A stretch of 63,825 bases of DNA, counting the filler. It is 7 parts of 7 records of this genome, joined end to end, with 100 filler letters (N's around TTAATTAATTAA, not from the genome) between each part and the next. Parts side by side here need not be neighbours in the genome. Positions count along the whole stretch, not along the records: positions 57,967 to 63,825 come from DRR723986_11071; 6 more parts are not named here. One strand, written 5' to 3'. The notes under the pieces are model-generated. The model made no database searches. It had not been told where the DNA came from and was given only the letters and a program-made list of their open reading frames with translations. Position numbers and translations under genes: made by a program. Of this stretch, positions 57,967-63,825 are shown in pieces; position 1 is the stretch's first letter; each line of letters starts with the position of its first letter.

Positions 57967-60900
57967 ATCTACTCGCCGCGCGAGCTCAGCCGCTACCTGC
58001 GCGCCCTGTACGAGGCCATGGTGCAGTACGAGGCGATGACGCTGGAGGAGCTGGTGCGCCTGTACACGCACGAGGGCCTGCGGCTGTTCTACGACCGCCT
58101 GATCGAGGAGGAGAGCCAGCAGTTCTGCGACGAGCTGATGGACCGCGTGGCGCGCAAGTACTTCCCGCGCTGCGACCTGCGCAAGGCGCTGCAGCGCCCC
58201 ATCCTCTACTCCAACTGGCTGACCAAGCGCTACGACTCGGTGGACCTGGAGAAGCTGCGCGAGTTCGTGCAGTTCCGCCTCAAGGTGTTCCAGGAGGAGG
58301 AGCTCAACGTCAAGCTGGTGGTGTTCGACGAGGTGCTGCACCACGTGCTGCGCATCGACCGCGTGCTGCGCCAGCCCGTGGGCCACGCGCTGCTGATCGG
58401 CATCAGCGGCTTCGGCAAGAGCACGCTGACGCGCTTCGTGGCGTGGATGAACGGCTTCTCGGTGTTCCGGATCAGCGTGTCGCACGCCTACTCGTTCGAG
58501 GACTTTGAGAACGACCTGCGCACCGTGATGAAGCGCGCGGGGTGCGGCGGGGAGGAGATCTGCTGGCTGTTCGACGAGATGTCCGCGCTCGGGCCCGCCG
58601 TGATCGAGCGCATGAACGCCCTGCTGGCCAGCGGCGAGGTGCCGGGCCTGTTCGAGGGCGACGAGTACGCCTCGCTCCTGTCCGAGTGCCGCGCCCGCGC
58701 CCAGGTCGAGGGCCTCGTGCTCGACTCGGACGAGGAGCTGTACAAGCACTTTGTCAAGACCGTGCAGCGCAACGTGCACATCGTGTTCACGATGAACCCC
58801 GCCGGCACGGAGCTCTCGAGCAGCGCCACCACCTCCCCCGCGCTGTTCAACCGCTGCGTGGTCAACTGGATGGGCACGTGGTCGCCGCAGGCGCTGAACC
58901 AGGTGGCCGTGGACTTTACCAGCGTCATGGACCTGGAGAGCATGGGGCCCGACCGGCCCGCCGCGCCGGACGAGGGCGAGCGCGGCGTGGAGCACGCGTC
59001 CAACAGCAACCACCTGGCGTGCGTGCGCGCGGTGACGGGCATCCACGGCGCGGCCGCGCGCATGAGCGAGTCGATCGCCAAGCGCTTCGGGCGCTTCAAC
59101 TACATCACGCCGCGCTCGTTCCTCGACTTTGTCACGCACGCCATCGCGCTCCACCGCGAGAAGACGGCCGAGATGCAGCAGAAGCAGGTCCACCTCAACA
59201 ACGGCGTGGAGAAGCTGCGGGCGACCAAGCTGGAGGTGGAGGAGCTGCAGAAGAGCCTCGCGGAGAAGGGCGCCAAGCTGGAGGTGCAGAACCGCCAGGC
59301 CGAGGAGACGCTCCAGCGGATCATGGAGGAGAAGGCCAAGGCCGAGCAGACGCAGCACGACGTGATCGAGCTCAGCTCGCGGCTCGCCGAGAAGCAGTCG
59401 GCCGTCGCCAAGGACAAGGCGCAGGTGGAGAAGGAGCTGTCCGAGGTGACGCCGCTGGTGGAGGCCGCCAAGTCGGCGGTGGTCAGCATCAAGAAGCAGA
59501 ACCTGGACGAGGTGCGCGCGCTCCCCAAGCCGCCCCCGAACGTCAAGAAGACCATGGAGATGGTGGGCCTGCTGCTGGGCGAGACCAACGTGGCGTGGGA
59601 CAACCTGCGCAAGGTGATGCGCAAGGACGACTTTATCCCGCGCATCCTCAACTTCGAGTCGTCGTCCCTGGACGCCAAGACGCGCAAGCGGCTCAAGGTG
59701 GAGTTCTTCGACGACCCGAGCTTCACCGTGGAGGCGGTCAACAAGGCCAGCAAGGCCTGCGGCCCCTTGCTGAGCTGGGGCGAGGCCCAGCTGCGCTACA
59801 CCGAGATCCTCGGCTCGATCCAGCCCCTCACCGACAAGGTGGTCACGCTGGAGAGCGAGGCGGCGGAGCTGGAGCACAAGAAGGTGCACTACGACGAGTC
59901 GCTGCGGCTGCTGGAGCACAAGGTGGGCACGCTCAAGGACGAGTACGCGCAGCTGGTGTCCGAGGCGGAGCGCATCAAGGAGGACATGACGCAGACGCAG
60001 GCCAAGGTGGAGCGCAGCGTCCGCATGCTGGACAGCCTCGGCTCCGAGTCGGTGCGCTGGGCGGAGCAGCGCACCGCGTACCAGGAGCAGGCCAAGCGCG
60101 TGGTGGGCGACTGCCTCGCGTCCGCCGCCTTCATCGCGTACGCCGGCTACTTTGACCAGGTCGAGCGCTCCACCCTGCGCAACCGGTGGTTCAACGAGCT
60201 CGACCAGCAGGACATCCTGTTCCGCGAGGAGCTGCGCATGACCAACTACCTGGCCACCCCCGACCAGAAGCACGCGTGGGTGTCCGCGGGGCTGGACAAC
60301 GACGACCTGAGCATCGAGAACGCGGCGATCATCCAGCGCCACCAGCGCTTCCCCATGGTGATCGACCCCAGCGGGCAGGCCACCCAGTTCCTGCTCAACC
60401 ACCACGCCGGGGCGGGCATCGTCAAGACCTCGTTCGCCGACGACGGGTTCATGAAGGCGCTCGAGTCGGCCGTGCGCTTCGGCGGCAAGCTGCTCGTGCA
60501 GGACGTGGACAAGGTGGACCCCGTGATCAACCCCCTGCTGAACCGCGAGATCGTCAAGGCGGGCGGGCGCGCGCTGGTGCGCGTGGGGCAGAACAACATC
60601 GACTTCAACCCCATGTTCAGCCTGATCCTGGTCACGCGCGACCCCAACCCCTCGTTCAGCCCCGACGTGTGCAGCCGCGTCACGTTCGCCAACTTCACCG
60701 TCACGCCGTCGTCGATGGAGAACAAGTGCCTCAACAACATTCTCAAGTCGCAGCGCCCGGACGTCGAGAAGCGCAGGACGGACCTCGTGGCCGCCCAGGG
60801 CGAGCTGGCGGTGCGCCTGGGCCAGCTCGAGATGAAGCTCCTCGACGCGCTCACCCAGGCCGAGGGCAACCTGCTGGAGAACCTGCCCCTGCTCACCACC

Positions 60901-63759
60901 CTCGAGACCATCAAGAAGGAGGCCGCCGAGGTGCAGCAAAAGTCCAAGGACAACGACGCCGTCATCGCCGAGGTGAACAAGACCCTGGCCAAGTACCGGC
61001 CCCTCGCGGTGCAGTCCCGCAGGCTGTACTTTGCCTTTGAGCAGATGGCCTCGGTCCACTTTCTCTACCGCTTTGCCCTGGACATGTTTATGGGCGTGTA
61101 CGACCGCACGCTCGGCCTGACCGACCGCAAGAAGCCGGACGCCCAGGGCCAGCCGGACGCCCAGGGCCAGCAGGGTCAGCAGGGTCAGCAGGAAGAGGGG
61201 CACGGCGGTGCGCTGGAGACGGGACGCGAGCTGCTCGGGCTCGGGAGACGGCTCTTCAAGGCAATCTTCGACCACTTTGTGCTGTCCCTCAAGAAGGAGG
61301 ACCACGTGCTGATCGCCCTGCGCATGGCCCAGATCGCACTGCAGGACATGCCCGAGGCGGACCAGCCCAACGCCGCCCAAATGGACTTTTTCCTGCGGGG
61401 CGCGTCGTCCATCCTCGGCCGTGGTGCTGTCGCTGCCGTCGCTGCCAGTGCCAGTGTTGGTGCGGACGCCGGTGGCGGGGACGGGGACGGGGACGGGGAC
61501 GGTGGCGGCGACGGTGGCAGTGGCGGTGTCAGTGCCGCGGAGGCCAACGTCGAGGCGTCGCGCGTGCTGCCCATCGACGAGCCGCAGCGGCAGCAGCTGC
61601 AGGCGCTGTTCGTGCTGGAGGGCATGGGCGCGCTGCGCGACCACATCGTGTCCAACGCGGACCGGTGGGTGGCGGTGCTGCGACACCCCGAGCCGGAGGG
61701 CTTGGTCCCCACAGAGTGGCTCTCGGCGGGGCAGCAGGCGTCGGTGGTGGTGGTGGCGTTTTCGAGGCTGCTGGTGGTCAAGGTGGTCCGGCCCGACCGC
61801 GTGACGCCGGCCACGCGCGACTTTGTGAACGCCGTGCTCGGGCAAGGGTTCTTGGTGGAGGGCGCCGGCATGAACCTGGCCAGCGTGGTGAGCGAGACGG
61901 GGTGCAAGCGGCCCGTGCTGCTGGCCGCCGCGGCGGGCTACGACGCCTCCAACCAGATCGAGCAGCTGGCGCGCCAGCGCAAGGCGGTGGTCAAGTCCAT
62001 GGCCATGGGCACGGAAGAGGAGGCCGCGCAGGCGGACAAGGCGCTGCCGCAGGTGGCCAAGGCCGGCGGGTGGGTGGTGCTCAAGAACGTGCACCTGGAC
62101 CCGTCGTACCTGACCAAGCTGCCCAAGACGCTCGCGCGCCTTGCCCCGCACCAGGACTTCCGCCTGTTCCTCACCTCGGAGATCCACCCGTCGCTGCCCC
62201 CCACGCTGCTGCTGGCGTCGCGGGTGGTGGTGCTGGAGCCCGCGGGCGGGATGAAGGCCAACCTGCTCCGCACCCTGCAGCGCCTCACCCCGGAGCAGTT
62301 CGCCGACGGGGCCCCCGAGCAGGCGCGCGTGTACTTTATGCTGATGTGGCTGCACGCCGTGGTGCAGGAGCGCGTGCGGTACTGCCCCGTGGGCTGGTCC
62401 AAGGCCTACGAGTTTGGGGAGAGCGACCGCCAGGGCACGTTCGACATGGTGCACGAGTGGATCGACATGGCCGCCGCCCAGCGCGGCGGCGGAGGTGGTG
62501 CGGTGGGCGCCGAGGGCGTGCCGTGGCAGGCCATCCGCACGCTGATCGCCCAGGCGACGTACGGCGGGCGCGTGGGCAACCACTTTGACCGCGTGCTGCT
62601 CGACTCGTTCCTGTCGCGCTTCCTCACCAAGCGGGCGTTCGAGCCTGGGTTTGAGCTCTTCTCGGGCTCGTCCGGCGGCGACGGGTCGGTGGTGCTCCCG
62701 CACGGGGCGCAGTCGTACTCGGACTACCTCGAGTTCGTGCGGGCGCTGCCCGAGAACGAGAGCCCGCTGTGGTTCGGCCTGCCGCCCCTCGCGGAGCGCA
62801 TGGTGGCCACGCGCGCCGGCGAGAGCCTGCTGAACAAGGCACTGCGCCTGCGCGCCTCGCTCGAGGAGGACGACGGTGTCGGGGCGGACGTCGGCGAGGG
62901 CGGTGCGGGGGAGGCGGAGGAGGGCGAGGGCGAGGACGGGGAGGAGGGAGGGCAGTCGGGGGTGGCGTGGTTCAAGAGCATCGGCTCCACGCTGGAGGGC
63001 TGGCTCGCGATGTTGGACGTGGAGATGGTCGAGGCCAAGGCGAACAACCGCGACCCGATGTACCGCTGCTTCAACCGCGAGTGGCGCGCGTTCAAGGGGC
63101 TGCGCGACCGCGTGCGCGCCAACATCGAGACGCTGCTGGCGATCGGGCGGGGCGAGGCCAAGGCCACCGCCAAGCACCGCGACCTGGTCGAGCTGCTCGG
63201 CCGCGAGGTGGTCCCGAAGGAGTTCCGGGCGTACGTCGTGCAGCAAATGTCGATGACAGAGTGGCTCGTGGACCTGAACCGCAGGCTCCGGTCCGTGGCG
63301 GACGTGATGGTGCACCCGTCCTTCCGCAAGAGCGAGGGGGTGTGGCTCGGCGGCCTGATGACCCCGGAGGCGTTCATCACCGCCACCAGGCAGCGCGTCG
63401 CCGGCTCCAAGAACGTGTCGCTGCAGGAGCTCGAGCTGCAGCTGGAGGTGGGGGTCGCCGACGCCGACGAGGACAGCTTCTCCATGTTCGGCATGGTGCT
63501 GGAGGGCGCCAAGTTCGAGGGCGGCGAGTTCAGGCTCGCGGACGACATCGCCTCCCCGCTGCCGCCGTCGCGCATCCGCTGGGTGCTTGAGGCGCCTTCC
63601 CCGGACCAGGTGGAGGTGCCCGTGTACCTCAACTCGGACAGGCAGGAGCTCGTGTTCTCCGTGCGCCTGTCCTTGCCTGCCTCGGTGCAACCCGAGGTGT
63701 GGTACCAGCGGGGCATTGCCATTGTGCTGTGGAGCAAGCTCGCCGACCTCGCGTTTTGA
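57967..63759 (+). CDS. Eukaryotic cytoplasmic dynein heavy chain, 5'-partial (end of AAA3, AAA4, stalk/MTBD, AAA5, AAA6, C-terminal domain)
   Basis: YSPREL, LRIDRVLRQP.GHALLIG.SG.GKS, SPALFNRC, coiled-coil stalk, IDPSGQA, WVVLKNVHL, FRLFLT, YGGRV, PEAFITATRQ, WYQRG. Confidence 0.95.
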   Translation: MYSPRELSRYLRALYEAMVQYEAMTLEELVRLYTHEGLRLFYDRLIEEESQQFCDELMDRVARKYFPRCDLRKALQRPILYSNWLTKRYDSVDLEKLREFVQFRLKVFQEEELNVKLVVFDEVLHHVLRIDRVLRQPVGHALLIGISGFGKSTLTRFVAWMNGFSVFRISVSHAYSFEDFENDLRTVMKRAGCGGEEICWLFDEMSALGPAVIERMNALLASGEVPGLFEGDEYASLLSECRARAQVEGLVLDSDEELYKHFVKTVQRNVHIVFTMNPAGTELSSSATTSPALFNRCVVNWMGTWSPQALNQVAVDFTSVMDLESMGPDRPAAPDEGERGVEHASNSNHLACVRAVTGIHGAAARMSESIAKRFGRFNYITPRSFLDFVTHAIALHREKTAEMQQKQVHLNNGVEKLRATKLEVEELQKSLAEKGAKLEVQNRQAEETLQRIMEEKAKAEQTQHDVIELSSRLAEKQSAVAKDKAQVEKELSEVTPLVEAAKSAVVSIKKQNLDEVRALPKPPPNVKKTMEMVGLLLGETNVAWDNLRKVMRKDDFIPRILNFESSSLDAKTRKRLKVEFFDDPSFTVEAVNKASKACGPLLSWGEAQLRYTEILGSIQPLTDKVVTLESEAAELEHKKVHYDESLRLLEHKVGTLKDEYAQLVSEAERIKEDMTQTQAKVERSVRMLDSLGSESVRWAEQRTAYQEQAKRVVGDCLASAAFIAYAGYFDQVERSTLRNRWFNELDQQDILFREELRMTNYLATPDQKHAWVSAGLDNDDLSIENAAIIQRHQRFPMVIDPSGQATQFLLNHHAGAGIVKTSFADDGFMKALESAVRFGGKLLVQDVDKVDPVINPLLNREIVKAGGRALVRVGQNNIDFNPMFSLILVTRDPNPSFSPDVCSRVTFANFTVTPSSMENKCLNNILKSQRPDVEKRRTDLVAAQGELAVRLGQLEMKLLDALTQAEGNLLENLPLLTTLETIKKEAAEVQQKSKDNDAVIAEVNKTLAKYRPLAVQSRRLYFAFEQMASVHFLYRFALDMFMGVYDRTLGLTDRKKPDAQGQPDAQGQQGQQGQQEEGHGGALETGRELLGLGRRLFKAIFDHFVLSLKKEDHVLIALRMAQIALQDMPEADQPNAAQMDFFLRGASSILGRGAVAAVAASASVGADAGGGDGDGDGDGGGDGGSGGVSAAEANVEASRVLPIDEPQRQQLQALFVLEGMGALRDHIVSNADRWVAVLRHPEPEGLVPTEWLSAGQQASVVVVAFSRLLVVKVVRPDRVTPATRDFVNAVLGQGFLVEGAGMNLASVVSETGCKRPVLLAAAAGYDASNQIEQLARQRKAVVKSMAMGTEEEAAQADKALPQVAKAGGWVVLKNVHLDPSYLTKLPKTLARLAPHQDFRLFLTSEIHPSLPPTLLLASRVVVLEPAGGMKANLLRTLQRLTPEQFADGAPEQARVYFMLMWLHAVVQERVRYCPVGWSKAYEFGESDRQGTFDMVHEWIDMAAAQRGGGGGAVGAEGVPWQAIRTLIAQATYGGRVGNHFDRVLLDSFLSRFLTKRAFEPGFELFSGSSGGDGSVVLPHGAQSYSDYLEFVRALPENESPLWFGLPPLAERMVATRAGESLLNKALRLRASLEEDDGVGADVGEGGAGEAEEGEGEDGEEGGQSGVAWFKSIGSTLEGWLAMLDVEMVEAKANNRDPMYRCFNREWRAFKGLRDRVRANIETLLAIGRGEAKATAKHRDLVELLGREVVPKEFRAYVVQQMSMTEWLVDLNRRLRSVADVMVHPSFRKSEGVWLGGLMTPEAFITATRQRVAGSKNVSLQELELQLEVGVADADEDSFSMFGMVLEGAKFEGGEFRLADDIASPLPPSRIRWVLEAPSPDQVEVPVYLNSDRQELVFSVRLSLPASVQPEVWYQRGIAIVLWSKLADLAF
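61135..61188 (+). repeat. In-frame tandem repeats (18 bp x2 plus 9 bp x2) encoding PDAQGQPDAQGQQGQQGQ
   Basis: ccggacgcccagggccag x2, cagggtcag x2. Confidence 0.85.
61477..61500 (+). repeat. (GGGGAC)x4 microsatellite encoding GD repeats
   Basis: Read directly from sequence. Confidence 0.85.
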
Positions 63760-63825
63760 GAAAGCGAAGCGCGCGCGCGGCGAGAAGGAGGAGGCGGCGA
63801 GGTAGGACCACTGTTGGTTTTTTTT

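Noticed and set aside
57919..63690. 1923-aa antisense ORF opposite dynein
   Set aside because: Shadow ORF. Extreme GC3 bias removes TTA/CTA/TCA codons from the sense frame, so the antisense frame lacks stops; the composition (H/L/V/R/G-rich) is not protein-like.
63819..63825. Terminal T-run as evidence of a polyadenylated transcript
   Set aside because: Too short, and it is T rather than A on the dynein coding strand.

Overview
The window is not one locus. It is seven unrelated contigs joined by 100-bp artificial linkers (N-run, TTAATTAATTAA, N-run). (1) 1-14023: Planctomycete (Rhodopirellula/Pirellulaceae-like) copper-resistance island with Csp3, a CsoR operator, CopA, a multicopper oxidase remnant, CsoR, a K+-channel-like protein, a HAMP-PP2C phosphatase, a GNAT, a CCH-tailed lipoprotein, a four-repeat Cys-motif protein and CusA. 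Its left edge carries an unassigned basic protein with origin-like hairpins. (2) 14124-24638: Halieaceae-like gammaproteobacterial core genes, hisF to glnA, including ntrBC with an NtrC box and a sigma54 promoter. (3) 24739-30191: Marinobacter-like alaS-RDD-lptGF-pepA-holC-valS. (4) 30292-43745: Roseobacter-group plasmid/chromid with a parB-parA-DnaA-like replication module, a dispersed 16-bp palindrome (candidate parS), comDE, an orphan secreted protein and a LysR / NicX-M29-fold enzyme / MATE / AEC / ureohydrolase cluster. (5) 43846-52305: Limnobacter-like betaproteobacterium (cydA, Bcr, cysB, TSUP, cysI) with a structured intergenic element. (6) 52406-57866: Rhodobacteraceae core genes. (7) 57967-63825: intron-free eukaryotic cytoplasmic dynein heavy chain. 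No CRISPR array, rRNA, tRNA or transposase was seen. Taxonomic labels are inferred from protein resemblance, not from searches.
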